The notes: a model not told the origin generated them from the sequence alone. Counted from the stretch's first letter, positions 46,990 to 57,775 are shown. The stretch is DNA of 64,000 nucleotides from a virus (IMGVR_UViG_3300025276_000029:7553-71552), one strand, 5' to 3'. Made by a program: numbers and translations.

Positions 46990-49900
46990 TTAAATACTAA
47001 CACCACCATAATTTTGTAGGACTACTACGAAATCACTAGTAAGACAACCCTTACCGTTTCTGTCCCTAACTTTAATAGTATATTTAACAGGTGGGGCGAG
47101 TTGAGGTATGCCATTAACATCTATTATTACAGGATTAGCTGGTGGAAGGTTGTATACATCGTTTGAACCAGAAAGTTGTTTAACGACGTCTGGTGTTGTG
47201 CTTGACCCTTTATACCATTCTATCACGTATTTATAAATATCAATCCCGCTTGTAACATTAAGGTTAAATACACCGCCGTCAATAGTAGCTGTAATTGTAC
47301 CTAAAGTTGTATCGCTTTTTAGTACTGCGGTAAGAGGTATGTCTGGTGAAAATACATCAACAAATTCGCTTTTGGTGCATCCACTTACGTCTGTAACTGT
47401 AACCTCATATGCGTTAACACCATTCCCTTCATCTAGCCCAAGTCCTGAATTATCGAATGTTACATCGGTACCAGTTTTTGATTCTGTAGAAATAGTTGTT
47501 ATGTATGGTCCTCCTGACCCACCTACAATATTATTAACTGATATAGAAGCTATTGAACCGTTGCAGTTACCATCCACAATAGTTATAGGGTCGTAAGTTA
47601 TTGGTTGTGGTTCGTTTACGGCAACACTAAAATTTGTTGTCGTATTAGCTCCGTCATCTGTAACATCAACAGAATACGTTCCAGCATATAGGTCATCTAT
47701 TAGACTTGTTGTTTTCCCATTACTCCATAAAAATGAATACGGACCTACACCTCCACTAACGTAACTTATAATACTTCCACTTTTTTCACCGTTACAGGCT
47801 ACGTCCTCAGGAGTTAATACTACGTTTAATGCCTGAGGTTCAATTATTTCTATTAATTCGTCACAGCTAGTCTGAGGTGTGCTAGAGTCGGTTACAATTA
47901 CTTTGTAATATCCTTTACCTAGATTAGATATAAGTCTACTTGTGGAGTTACCAGTGGTTGGTGGCCCTACAGGGGATAATAAAGTACCTGGTGGTGATGG
48001 GTCGTATTCATATGTTGTGACAGTGTATGGTGGTGTTCCGTTACTTATGTCGATTGTTATTTTACCGTCAGTATAACCGTTAGCGGTTATATCAGTTTTT
48101 TGTGTGTTACAGTAAGTTGATGGTGCACCTGGAACTATAAATGTGCTGTCGGTTACATTTCCTGCTGAATCGGTAACTGTAACGGTGTATGTTCCAGCAT
48201 ATAATCCAGTTATTGAGTTTGTATTACCACTTTGTGGTGTGTAGTTGGGAGTTAATGGGTAACTTAAACCATTTATGGTTGGCCCATTCCACGAAAATGT
48301 GTATGGTCCGACACCCCCAGATACTTGTATCGTTATCTCACCTGAGCCATTACTTAGTGAGTCACTTGTGATATCAGTTGCGATAACGAAAAAATCTATA
48401 CCTGGTTCTGGTGTACATTTTGCAAAATATTTACTTTTCATTTTACTTAGTGCGGTTTTACCTTTATTTAAGCCAAAGTAGAAATAGTATGAACTTTCAT
48501 AAAACCATATTTGACCATCAGTCTTTTGAATTGAACCAATACCAATTAATAGAGGGTTAGGTTGAAAAAAAACTTGACTACCTACTGAGTAGCGTTTATT
48601 TACATTTCTAAATTCTTTGTAGTGTACATCCTCGTAATCATAGTAATCTTTTTCATCAATTCTAACTGATGGTATTTCTGTTAAGTTTGGTGAATTTAAA
48701 TACGTAAACATACCTCTTACAAAATCTGATTCAACATCCTCGTTACCAATACGATTATTAGGTACACTGCCAGTGTCATCTCTTCTTTCGTCTAAGCCCA
48801 TACCTAATTCACTTAACCTTTTTATGTTGTTACAATTTTTACTGTTGGTTTGAAGACCTCCACAGGTTATGTTTCCGATTAACCCTGATTTAAGTATTCC
48901 GAACGTTCCGATAGGGATTATCACTACATTAGGAGTTGCTGGGTTTACACCAACGTTATATATTCCATTGTTAATCTGTGGGATAGGAATATAAGAGTAG
49001 TAGGTTGAGAGTGGTGTGTCAAACCCTGTTATTTGTATAGGTCCGTTACCCCCAGAAGCTGTAGGTTCGTATTGAGCTACAAGTGGTGGAATATTAAAGG
49101 TTGTGTCTGTTAAATATTTATAAAAAACTGGTTCACCTTCCCAGTCACAATCGAATACTGAACCTAGGTTAACGATATCGGTGGCATATAACTTAATGTC
49201 ACCGTCTCTTGTTATCGGTGAATAGTATAATTCACCATCATTTTTCTTAATGTATCCACTTCTTATTTTTATAGCATCGTAAGCATTAACACCGCCATTA
49301 GGGTTTCCATTAGCGTCTGCAGCCGTAAAAGAAGTGCTAAATTGAGGTTGTGAACCTGTACATACGTCAATTATATAGTTACGTTGACATCTATTATCAG
49401 GTTTTCCGTTATCATTATTATCTACACCTGTGTTGGCAATCTGTCTACAATCTACCTCGCAAAATCTTTCCCTACCAGCTCCATTCCTTCTGATTTTATA
49501 TTTTAATAAAAAACTATATAGTGAACCATTAATCCAATCATTATAAAAATCGAATTTAAAGATATCGAAAGCGTCTGCTAATGCTAGTGTTTGACAGTGT
49601 GACCATCCAGCGTCACAGCCTTCTATTGATAGAAGTTTTAAAGCTGTACATTCATGTTCATCCGCTCCGTCGTTAACATAGTGGAAATCTTCTTTAGTTT
49701 CTAGTTCAGTTTCTGGGTCTACACTTGCGTAAGTTGCATCCCATGCCTTACGAAACACACTTGATTTCGTTTTACCACGCCTACCACCTGGAGCGTATTT
49801 TTTTCCACTATCATCGGCACTACAACCTAAGGTTATGTATGGTACGTATGGAATAATATCTTTACAATCACAGCTGTTGTCGCTAGCCTTAAAGGTACCT

Positions 49901-51531
49901 ATACATCCTCCTGACCTACAGGACGACTTATAATAAGCTAATTTAATCCCACATACAAGCGAACCTATTTGGTATAGTGCAATACATATACCTCTCATTA
50001 TGAGGTTAAGTAGCATCATAATAAGGTTAATTATCGCAATAATGATAAAATTTATTACACCAACTATTCTTGCTATAATCCTAATTATTATACAAATTAT
50101 TGTAAAAAGTGGGTTAATTTTGTTGTCCAATTTATTAAATGGAAATGGGTTTCTATTCTTAGAATCATCAACATTTTTAAGCCCTATGAAGTTTCTGACT
50201 TCATCATTAAGTGTAGGTTGTGCTCTAGTTATGTGATTTTTAACTGTATATATTTTGTTCCATGATAATTCGGTAAAATGTTCATCCTTTGTTGTACTGT
50301 CAAAACTAAAATCAACACCCTTTAAAAATGGACTATAACTAGTGGTGCCAGGAGTACCTATTTCTTTAGCGCCCTTCCATGTATCTGGATTGTGTGGTAC
50401 CAGAAATTTAGCTCTTGTTCTGTTTCTCCCTTCATCACCCTCTATATTCATTCCGATTCTAAATCTTACTTTAGCTTTTGTTGGGATACCTTTTGATGAA
50501 TCTTCTGATGGGATAAAATTTCCATATTCATCAGTTATCATGTAGTTTCTATTCATGGGTATTTGATACGCCCACGCACCATCTTCATCAATTAATTCAC
50601 CACCCTCAACATCATACCTTTCGGTTTTATCGTCGTTAGTTTTTCTTATCATTTCGATTCTACCTTCACCAGTTACAAGTTCGTCCATTTTACCTAAATT
50701 TTTTCTAGGTGCACATGATTTGCTGACCGCATGTTTATCGTTATCGCTGATGATTGAACCCATGAATATAGCCTGAGGTACTATATTTGTAGCTAAATTA
50801 ATGTCACTTCTAGCTATACCGATTCTACATTCTTCGGTGTCTCCCCAGAATGGTGGTACTGTAACACTTGTTGGTGAGGTTGTTTTTAATTGAGTAAGCG
50901 TTAAAGTTTCACTTATACCTTTAAATTTTGTTGTTGAGGTAAATTTACCAATAGGGTTACCTTCTCGGATTGAATCGTATGGTCTCTGAGAAAGTACGCC
51001 TATATCTGAAATGTCAGCGTCTACATGCATAAAGTGTGTACCTACTGGGACTCCGAAAATCATAAAATCACCAGATTCGTTAGTTGTAACGGTGAATTTA
51101 TAGTAATCACAATATATATCACCCATTTCTGGATTGTCTTGTATTTCCCTTTTACTTGGAAATGTGCCTATTGGTGAGAAACATTCATCTTTTCCCCTGT
51201 TGTTTCTAGGTAGGAGGTTGTATGGGATTCCTTTATCATTAGTATCAGTTATTCTTTCGTACGGATATAGTCCAAAGATTTCTGAATCTTCTGCATCTAC
51301 TTCATCAATTGGTATAAAAATTGACACTTTTGCATTAGGAACACCTACTCCGTTATTAACTATAACTCTTCCGACGACTACACCGTAGTCAGAGCAGAAT
51401 CGTCTGTACGCTTCAGCTTGTGAAATTTTAAGTGAAAGAATTTCTATAAAATCAAATTTTTGATTTATTTTTAAATTTATATTCTTACTCCTTGAGCCTG
51501 GTGTTGTTTTTATCCTGATATTATCTGACAT
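46990..51531 (-). CDS. Large structural protein with transthyretin-like N-terminus, hydrophobic core segment and SprB-like repeats
   Basis: GRVI..NGVGVPNAKVSIF; long hydrophobic stretch; repeats such as CNGEKSGSI..VSGGVGPYSFLWSNG...L.AGTYSV.VTD. Confidence 0.75.
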   Translation of the reverse strand: MSDNIRIKTTPGSRSKNINLKINQKFDFIEILSLKISQAEAYRRFCSDYGVVVGRVIVNNGVGVPNAKVSIFIPIDEVDAEDSEIFGLYPYERITDTNDKGIPYNLLPRNNRGKDECFSPIGTFPSKREIQDNPEMGDIYCDYYKFTVTTNESGDFMIFGVPVGTHFMHVDADISDIGVLSQRPYDSIREGNPIGKFTSTTKFKGISETLTLTQLKTTSPTSVTVPPFWGDTEECRIGIARSDINLATNIVPQAIFMGSIISDNDKHAVSKSCAPRKNLGKMDELVTGEGRIEMIRKTNDDKTERYDVEGGELIDEDGAWAYQIPMNRNYMITDEYGNFIPSEDSSKGIPTKAKVRFRIGMNIEGDEGRNRTRAKFLVPHNPDTWKGAKEIGTPGTTSYSPFLKGVDFSFDSTTKDEHFTELSWNKIYTVKNHITRAQPTLNDEVRNFIGLKNVDDSKNRNPFPFNKLDNKINPLFTIICIIIRIIARIVGVINFIIIAIINLIMMLLNLIMRGICIALYQIGSLVCGIKLAYYKSSCRSGGCIGTFKASDNSCDCKDIIPYVPYITLGCSADDSGKKYAPGGRRGKTKSSVFRKAWDATYASVDPETELETKEDFHYVNDGADEHECTALKLLSIEGCDAGWSHCQTLALADAFDIFKFDFYNDWINGSLYSFLLKYKIRRNGAGRERFCEVDCRQIANTGVDNNDNGKPDNRCQRNYIIDVCTGSQPQFSTSFTAADANGNPNGGVNAYDAIKIRSGYIKKNDGELYYSPITRDGDIKLYATDIVNLGSVFDCDWEGEPVFYKYLTDTTFNIPPLVAQYEPTASGGNGPIQITGFDTPLSTYYSYIPIPQINNGIYNVGVNPATPNVVIIPIGTFGILKSGLIGNITCGGLQTNSKNCNNIKRLSELGMGLDERRDDTGSVPNNRIGNEDVESDFVRGMFTYLNSPNLTEIPSVRIDEKDYYDYEDVHYKEFRNVNKRYSVGSQVFFQPNPLLIGIGSIQKTDGQIWFYESSYYFYFGLNKGKTALSKMKSKYFAKCTPEPGIDFFVIATDITSDSLSNGSGEITIQVSGGVGPYTFSWNGPTINGLSYPLTPNYTPQSGNTNSITGLYAGTYTVTVTDSAGNVTDSTFIVPGAPSTYCNTQKTDITANGYTDGKITIDISNGTPPYTVTTYEYDPSPPGTLLSPVGPPTTGNSTSRLISNLGKGYYKVIVTDSSTPQTSCDELIEIIEPQALNVVLTPEDVACNGEKSGSIISYVSGGVGPYSFLWSNGKTTSLIDDLYAGTYSVDVTDDGANTTTNFSVAVNEPQPITYDPITIVDGNCNGSIASISVNNIVGGSGGPYITTISTESKTGTDVTFDNSGLGLDEGNGVNAYEVTVTDVSGCTKSEFVDVFSPDIPLTAVLKSDTTLGTITATIDGGVFNLNVTSGIDIYKYVIEWYKGSSTTPDVVKQLSGSNDVYNLPPANPVIIDVNGIPQLAPPVKYTIKVRDRNGKGCLTSDFVVVLQNYGGVSI

Positions 51532-51549
51532 TTATACCTATTTATTTAC

Positions 51550-51873
51550 TTATTCCGAATCTAATAATTCAAATTCATCCTCATCATCAAAATCATACTC
51601 ATCATCATCATTATTTTTATTTTTCTTAAATATAACATTACCGATAGATTTTAAATTATCAGTAACATCCACACCTTTGTTGAAAAAGATAACTTTAAAA
51701 AGCATATAAATAGAAAACGGTATAACGATTATAGCTGTTAATAACGAAGCGAGTATAAATAAAAAACTCTTAGTTATTAATATAATACCTTTAATAACTA
51801 TTGGGTCTTTTTTTCCACTTGGTGTTTGCTTAGTATCAACACTATTATTGTCTTTTTTACAATTACATCCCAT
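51550..51873 (-). CDS. Small membrane protein (MGCNCKK start, acidic tail)
   Basis: Central hydrophobic segment. Confidence 0.7.
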   Translation of the reverse strand: MGCNCKKDNNSVDTKQTPSGKKDPIVIKGIILITKSFLFILASLLTAIIVIPFSIYMLFKVIFFNKGVDVTDNLKSIGNVIFKKNKNNDDDEYDFDDEDEFELLDSE

Positions 51874-51933
51874 ATTTTTTAATTTAAAATTTTATAATAT
51901 AAAAATAGTGTTTATTTATTATAAAGTGAATAC

Positions 51934-53751
51934 TTATTTTACCCTTACTTTTATATCGCTGGTGGGGTGTTTAACTTCAAACATACCAGTAGGGTCACCA
52001 AAAAGAGTGTATTCTCCAAGTAGGTCAATCTGTCTAGTTTCGTCGCTGACGTATGGTTGAGATACTTCGTTTGAAGAGTATTTACCACCACCTACTTTAT
52101 TATAAACCCTTAAGTCAACAACATTTAGTACTCCTGCAACGTTGTTTATTTGTTCAATAAGTTGTGCTATATATATGTTGTCACCCATGCCCCATTTATT
52201 AATATCAAAATAATCTGTAATATTATTAATAGTTTCGGTAATTACTTCAGATTGTGAAAATTGTTTATCAACAAATAAATCAACTTCAAAACCTAAGTTA
52301 AATACTTTACCGTTAGATACTTCAACGTAGTCATTAAGCATTCTGTAATTTGATAAATAAGTCCCTATGTTTTCTCTTAGTGTGGATGTTAAATTTGTAC
52401 TTAATTTACTATTTTCATCAAGAGTTAGTGTATATATTCTTATTTTATTTTGAATTTCGATTACGTTATTTCTAAACGGTACACCAAATTCACCTGGAAT
52501 AAGAGCGATTCTAACTTTATAATCTTCAATAGTAACACATCTTTCTTGTGACGCAAAATTATATCTAACAAGGTTTCTTAATTCTTCAATTGAAGGTTCG
52601 TCTTTACCACCAAGCGCTGGTAGGGGATTGCTAACTTTTAGTGAATTACGAACGTTTTGATTAATTGTAGAGTCCGCTCCATTAACGAATTGCTCAACAC
52701 TATTAATATTTATTAACGTATTAGGTCCAATGTTGGTACTTGAACCACCACCTACCCTGTAGGATATAAACATTGTCTTATTAGCTGTTAAGGTTAGCCC
52801 TAACGATAGATTATTGATAAAGTCACCAATCCTACCAACAAGTGATTTATCTACGTCAAAATCACACAATGAGCTTATGTCTTGGGTACCGCCACCAAAT
52901 ATTATCTTGGTAAATCCGTTATCGGTAAATTCTTTTATGAACCTTTGGTCAACTCTTTTAAATTTACCAGGTTTGACTGTTGAGTTATCACTGAGTCTTG
53001 TATTGTCTGGTATAAATACCACATCATCAGCAAGTGCACTTACTTCGTACCATCTAATATCTTCATCGTAAAATTGAGAACTAGATGGTGTTTTTGTTAA
53101 GTTTGTACCTTCAAGAGTTATAATAGAATTTATTGATAATATGTCATCATCTGGAAGTACTACTTCTAAGAATGGTTTTACGTCTGAGCTAGTTATTACT
53201 CTTTTAAATATTTTTGTAACACCATTTATTACCATTTCTCTTTTTGTTAACGTATAGTTAATAATATTTCCGTTACTATCTAAGTTAGGTAATACGAGTC
53301 TGTTTGGTATTCCACCTGTTGTAAACGGTGAGGAAAAATCAATTTCATCTGATGTTTCGAAAACTTTACCTGAGCCACTGATTTGCGCACCCCTTTTAAT
53401 TATTGGGGCGTAAGACACATCAAAAGTATCACCTATAACTGGTATTGTTACTGAAAAATCAGCAATACTTACTGAGGGTCTTTTTCCTGGAATCTTAAGT
53501 CCAAATGTTCTTGCCATTGATAGTATTGAACTTCTTTCCTGTGCAAAGTCTATTTGTGTTTCTTGAAACATTCTATCAGTTTGGAATGATAACATATCAC
53601 CTACCGCAGCGTTTAGTTCTAAAAGCATCATACCTACTGACGCATCGTTAAAGTCGTTAAGTGTGTCTGGGTAGTATTGTTTAACGTACCCTATCAGTTC
53701 TTGTCTGACGTCAGCAAAGTTACGACTATAATAATTTATTTTTTTTGACAT
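51934..53751 (-). CDS. Baseplate wedge protein (T4 gp6/P2 gpJ-like)
   Basis: Y.SRNF..VRQEL, AAVGDMLSF..D, IIFGGG, YRVGGG, GGKDEPSIEELR, QERCVT.EDY. Confidence 0.88.
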   Translation of the reverse strand: MSKKINYYSRNFADVRQELIGYVKQYYPDTLNDFNDASVGMMLLELNAAVGDMLSFQTDRMFQETQIDFAQERSSILSMARTFGLKIPGKRPSVSIADFSVTIPVIGDTFDVSYAPIIKRGAQISGSGKVFETSDEIDFSSPFTTGGIPNRLVLPNLDSNGNIINYTLTKREMVINGVTKIFKRVITSSDVKPFLEVVLPDDDILSINSIITLEGTNLTKTPSSSQFYDEDIRWYEVSALADDVVFIPDNTRLSDNSTVKPGKFKRVDQRFIKEFTDNGFTKIIFGGGTQDISSLCDFDVDKSLVGRIGDFINNLSLGLTLTANKTMFISYRVGGGSSTNIGPNTLININSVEQFVNGADSTINQNVRNSLKVSNPLPALGGKDEPSIEELRNLVRYNFASQERCVTIEDYKVRIALIPGEFGVPFRNNVIEIQNKIRIYTLTLDENSKLSTNLTSTLRENIGTYLSNYRMLNDYVEVSNGKVFNLGFEVDLFVDKQFSQSEVITETINNITDYFDINKWGMGDNIYIAQLIEQINNVAGVLNVVDLRVYNKVGGGKYSSNEVSQPYVSDETRQIDLLGEYTLFGDPTGMFEVKHPTSDIKVRVK

Positions 53752-53762
53752 ATTTTTTATTT

Positions 53763-54152
53763 TTAAATTTGGATTAATATAAAATCTGTTTCAACAAATG
53801 TATCCTCTGTAACTGTGTAATCTATTCTTAGTATTGATACGTGTTCATTTCGGTCACTGGTTGTGACTGATACGTCATTTATTGAAAGGTTTGGTAAGTA
53901 TTTTTTAACTGTTTCGTTAATATCATCTTTTATATTTCCTTTGGTTGCATCATCGTTTAAATCAAACATATACTTAAGAAGGTCTGTACCAAAATCTGGC
54001 ATGTAAAGTCTCTCACCTTTCCTTGTTAATATTAAGTGCATTAAATCAGACTTGATAGCAGAAGCGTCTTCATTATTTAACATTATATAATGACCTAAGT
54101 TACTGTCTTTAAACGGAAACTGTATATTTATAAACTTACCATTACCAGCCAT
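53763..54152 (-). CDS. gp25/GPW-like baseplate wedge protein
   Basis: IKSDLMHLILTRKGERLYMPDFGTDL. Confidence 0.9.
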   Translation of the reverse strand: MAGNGKFINIQFPFKDSNLGHYIMLNNEDASAIKSDLMHLILTRKGERLYMPDFGTDLLKYMFDLNDDATKGNIKDDINETVKKYLPNLSINDVSVTTSDRNEHVSILRIDYTVTEDTFVETDFILIQI

Positions 54153-54212
54153 AATATCTTTTCTTTATTATAAATATTATAATAAAACTTTTTTAAAAAT
54201 AAATAGATAAAT

Positions 54213-54244
54213 AAAAAAAGGTCTAACGTTACGCTAGACCTTTT
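54213..54244. terminator. Intrinsic terminator
   Basis: AAAAAAAGGTCTA-acgttacgc-TAGACCTTTT. Confidence 0.75.
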
Positions 54245-54267
54245 CTTTTACTTTGTGTTAATGTGTG

Positions 54268-54729
54268 TTAATTATCACACATTGCAATTACACGTTTATA
54301 TAATCTACTCACAGTCTGACCGTTCCAAAACCCGCCTGTTGAAGTTATAAACCCCATTTCGGTGACGTTTCTTGCTATTTCTGCAAAGCTACTCCCTTTT
54401 TCACGCATACCTACAATAATATCACTAACCTCTTTGTTAAATAACCTCGCTTCCCTTTTTTTTCTATCAGCACCTTTTTGTGATGCTTCTTTAGTGAGGT
54501 TTTCTGGTTTACCTAGTTTAACCCCTCTAGCTCTAGCTATAGCTAACCCCTCCTTAGTTAACTTAGAATGACCTTCTCTACCAGTGATACCATGAACTTT
54601 TCCGTGGCAAGAGCTACATAATGGTATTGTACGTTTACCTCCTCTTACTCTTGGAATAACGTGATGCATCTCTTCCTGAGGTCCACCACATTCGAAACAT
54701 TTATCTAAGTCTATTGTTAATTGATTCAT
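54268..54729 (-). CDS. HNH endonuclease fused to serine-recombinase-type DNA-binding region
   Basis: CFEC..HHVIP..GG....LC..CH..VH; KEGLAIARARGVKLGKP; SFAEIA...G.....GG.W....V.RL; own promoter TTTACA-N17-TATAAT; start moved to ATG 54729. Confidence 0.8.
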   Translation of the reverse strand: MNQLTIDLDKCFECGGPQEEMHHVIPRVRGGKRTIPLCSSCHGKVHGITGREGHSKLTKEGLAIARARGVKLGKPENLTKEASQKGADRKKREARLFNKEVSDIIVGMREKGSSFAEIARNVTEMGFITSTGGFWNGQTVSRLYKRVIAMCDN

Positions 54730-54785
54730 GTAATATATTATATCGAAAATAATTAACAATGTAAACCATTATTAAATTTACCCAT

Positions 54786-54819
54786 AAAAAAAGAGGAGAA
54801 CCTTTTGGAACCCCTCTTT
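54786..54819 (-). terminator. Probable terminator after nrdA
   Basis: AAAGAGG...CCTCTTT with A-run on the plus strand. Confidence 0.55.
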
Positions 54820-54851
54820 ATCTTATTTATTATTTATTTTAATATGTGTCG

Positions 54852-56720
54852 CTAACCGTCACATGCGATACAGTCAACCATTGCTGCTTGGGCAATGTCA
54901 CCCCTTAGGACGCTTTCAGTTCTCATGTAGTATAGAGTTTTAACGCCTAACTTCCATGCTTCTAAATGTACTTGATTAAGCCACTTTGGTGAAGCTTCTT
55001 TTGGGAATGCTAAATTAAGTGATACGGACTGGTCAATGTATTGCTGTCTAATCCCTGCTTGAGTAATTAAATCAAGTTGGTTAATCTCTTTAAAAGTTTT
55101 AAACACCTCTTTAAAAGCTACTATCTCATTAACTATTGTATTTTCTTCAATGGTGGTGATATTTTTTAATTTACCATCAATAAACCCCCAGTCATCAAAG
55201 TCTGAAATATCTTGAACAGAACCACCGTCGTAAAGCATCTTATCCCAGATTTCTTTAGTGTTCAATTTCATCTTTTTTAAGTACTTTTCTAATGAAGGAT
55301 TTTTCCTGATAAAAGTACCCTTAGCTGATTGGTCTGTCCATACATTTGCTGGCCATGGTTCTATACCTGCTGATAGGTTACCTGCATTCTTAGAGTTGGA
55401 TACCGTTGGTGCTACTGCTCTTAAGTGGGTGTTTCTCATTCCAGTACCTATACACCAAAGTGGTTCACCATACTCGTCAGCTAGTGCTCTTGACGCTCTT
55501 TCCGATTCTAACTTCATTTGTGAGAATATCTTTCTAGTTTCATATTGTGCTAAAAGTCCTTCAAACGGAAGACCTTTATTTTGTAGATAAGAGTGCCACC
55601 CTAGTACACCAAGACCTAACGCCCTACCTTTTTCAGCACTTCTAACAGAGTTTTCAAATCCTCTCATGTTTTTAGCTTTCTGAATAAACTCTTCTAATAC
55701 ACCATCTAGAAATATAGTTGCAGTATATATTAAGTCAGTATCTTTCCATTCGTCAAATTTAGCTAAATTAAGAGAAGATAAACAGCAAACAAATGAATGT
55801 GACTCATCGGTTGCGAGTGTAATTTCGCTACAGATATTTGTCATAAATACTTTTAAGTTATTTTTTTTATACGCTTCTGGGTTTTGATTATTAACATTAC
55901 CTTTAAACATAATATATGGTTCACCAGTTTGCCTTCTTTTCTTAAGGACCGCTCCCCACCTTTTCCTAGCGTCCTCATTACCAGATTCAACTTTCCTCAT
56001 AAATTTATTAGAAATAACAACACACTGATGCATGTTAAGACATTGTCTGTTTACATCACCTTTTGGTTCTCTTATCTCTAACCAGTCGTAAAAGTCATCA
56101 TGCTCTATATTCATGTTGACACTAGCAGCACCTCTTCTAACAGCACCTTGATTAGTCGCAAGAATAGTTGAGTCGTACATTTTGACGAAGGGGATGACAC
56201 CGTCAGACGTGCCGTTACCTGTGATACTAGAACCTGCTGGTCTTATCTGATTAATACCAATACCAACACCTCCACCATGCTTAGCTAAAAGCATCATTTC
56301 TAAGTTTTTTTGTCCTATATCTAGGATTGAATCTGCAATATCAATTCCAAAACATGAAATAGGTAAACCTCTCTCTGTTCCTGTGTTAGATAATACTGGC
56401 GTAGCTAAACATAGCCAGCCTTGCCAGATGTAATCAAAGAATTTTGAAGCCATTTTAGGTTTACCGAGTCTTCTAGCTACTGTCGTGGATACCCTCCAGT
56501 AAGCATCTTTTGGTGTTTCATCTTCCATTAAGTAACCTTTAGATATAGTCTTAATATAAACTTCGGTACATCCCCACTCTGGAATATCAACACCTTTTTC
56601 CCAACCTAACTCTTCAATTAGTTTTTTTACTTCTTTGTTTGAAGTCTCTTTAATATTAACTTCTTTTATACTTTCTGAGATTGTCTCAGTATCTTTTTTA
56701 TCCAAATTACTCTTATTCAT
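54852..56720 (-). CDS. nrdA: Ribonucleotide reductase class I alpha subunit (short, no ATP cone)
   Basis: LPISCF, GGGVG, TNICSEI, CCLSS, APTVS, KTLYYMR, C-terminal CIAC. Confidence 0.95.
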   Translation of the reverse strand: MNKSNLDKKDTETISESIKEVNIKETSNKEVKKLIEELGWEKGVDIPEWGCTEVYIKTISKGYLMEDETPKDAYWRVSTTVARRLGKPKMASKFFDYIWQGWLCLATPVLSNTGTERGLPISCFGIDIADSILDIGQKNLEMMLLAKHGGGVGIGINQIRPAGSSITGNGTSDGVIPFVKMYDSTILATNQGAVRRGAASVNMNIEHDDFYDWLEIREPKGDVNRQCLNMHQCVVISNKFMRKVESGNEDARKRWGAVLKKRRQTGEPYIMFKGNVNNQNPEAYKKNNLKVFMTNICSEITLATDESHSFVCCLSSLNLAKFDEWKDTDLIYTATIFLDGVLEEFIQKAKNMRGFENSVRSAEKGRALGLGVLGWHSYLQNKGLPFEGLLAQYETRKIFSQMKLESERASRALADEYGEPLWCIGTGMRNTHLRAVAPTVSNSKNAGNLSAGIEPWPANVWTDQSAKGTFIRKNPSLEKYLKKMKLNTKEIWDKMLYDGGSVQDISDFDDWGFIDGKLKNITTIEENTIVNEIVAFKEVFKTFKEINQLDLITQAGIRQQYIDQSVSLNLAFPKEASPKWLNQVHLEAWKLGVKTLYYMRTESVLRGDIAQAAMVDCIACDG

Positions 56721-56753
56721 AATTTATTTTTAGTTATTTAATTTTATTTAATT

Positions 56754-57755
56754 TTAAAATAAGTCATCCCAGTTATCATCTTCACCTGCTTTTGAGTAGT
56801 CGGTTGGTCTTACTGCGAAAAAATCGGTATGAGTATGTCCCCCAGTTAAATGATAAAACCACTCTAAGTTGTCAGCTGATTCTTTATCATATTCAATAAA
56901 TGGTCCGTCAGTGTAACCTAACTCTCTAATTTTATCGTTAGCTCTTGCTTTGATAAAGTTCTTAAGGTCGTCTTTTTTAAGATTTTCTAAGTCACCTTCT
57001 TCAAACATTTTATCTATAAATTCAAGTTCCATTTGAACCATTAGGTTCCCAGCTTCTATAACCTTACTCTTGACAGACTCAAGTAATTCAGGATATTCTT
57101 CACACATATGTCTAAATAGTTGACATCCCATTTTAGAATGTAATGATTCATCTCTAACTGACCATTTCATTTGTTGACCTATCCCTTTTAACATGTTTCT
57201 CATTTGGAATGAATACAGTACCGCAAACGAGCTGTATAATGACACTCCTTCTGCAAAGCCTGAGAATACAGCAAGACTTCTAGCTACTTCTTCTCTAGCT
57301 TTTGGGTTTATCGCTAATTCTTCATGGTTGTAAGTATCTCTAGTGTTCATTAGGAATTCAAACTTAGCTGATGTTGCTGGTTCATGTAGAAACGCTGCGA
57401 AATCGTCAAGACCAAGAGATTCGTTTAAGTAAGAATACGCTACTGCGTGTATTGTTTCTTGAGACCCAAACATCATTGACATGTGTTTTATTTCGTGCTT
57501 CGGAAACCAATTGGTTACCATCCCAGTCCAATAGTCAGATACTGCACATTCTGTTTGTGAAAAACCTAAAAGAATATTACCTACTAGGTTTTTTTCATGA
57601 GGCTTTAAGTTTTCATTCCAGTCCTTAACGTCACCACCCATAGCTATTTCAGTATGTAACCAAAATGCCTGCGCCTGAAGTAACCAACCTTCATTATAAT
57701 ATACTGGGTAATCAAAAGGTTTATATTCTACCCTATTTTCAAATAATTTTGCCAT
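56754..57755 (-). CDS. nrdB: Ribonucleotide reductase class I beta subunit
   Basis: ETIHAVAY, EGVSLYSSF, RDESLH, DFFAVRPTDY. Confidence 0.95.
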   Translation of the reverse strand: MAKLFENRVEYKPFDYPVYYNEGWLLQAQAFWLHTEIAMGGDVKDWNENLKPHEKNLVGNILLGFSQTECAVSDYWTGMVTNWFPKHEIKHMSMMFGSQETIHAVAYSYLNESLGLDDFAAFLHEPATSAKFEFLMNTRDTYNHEELAINPKAREEVARSLAVFSGFAEGVSLYSSFAVLYSFQMRNMLKGIGQQMKWSVRDESLHSKMGCQLFRHMCEEYPELLESVKSKVIEAGNLMVQMELEFIDKMFEEGDLENLKKDDLKNFIKARANDKIRELGYTDGPFIEYDKESADNLEWFYHLTGGHTHTDFFAVRPTDYSKAGEDDNWDDLF

Positions 57756-57775
57756 AATATTTATTTATTTTATTT

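Noticed and set aside
54250-54875. Resemblance of HNH C-terminus (IAMCDN) to NrdA C-terminus (CIACDG) as a target-site duplication
   Set aside because: Too short, and nucleotide identity is poor
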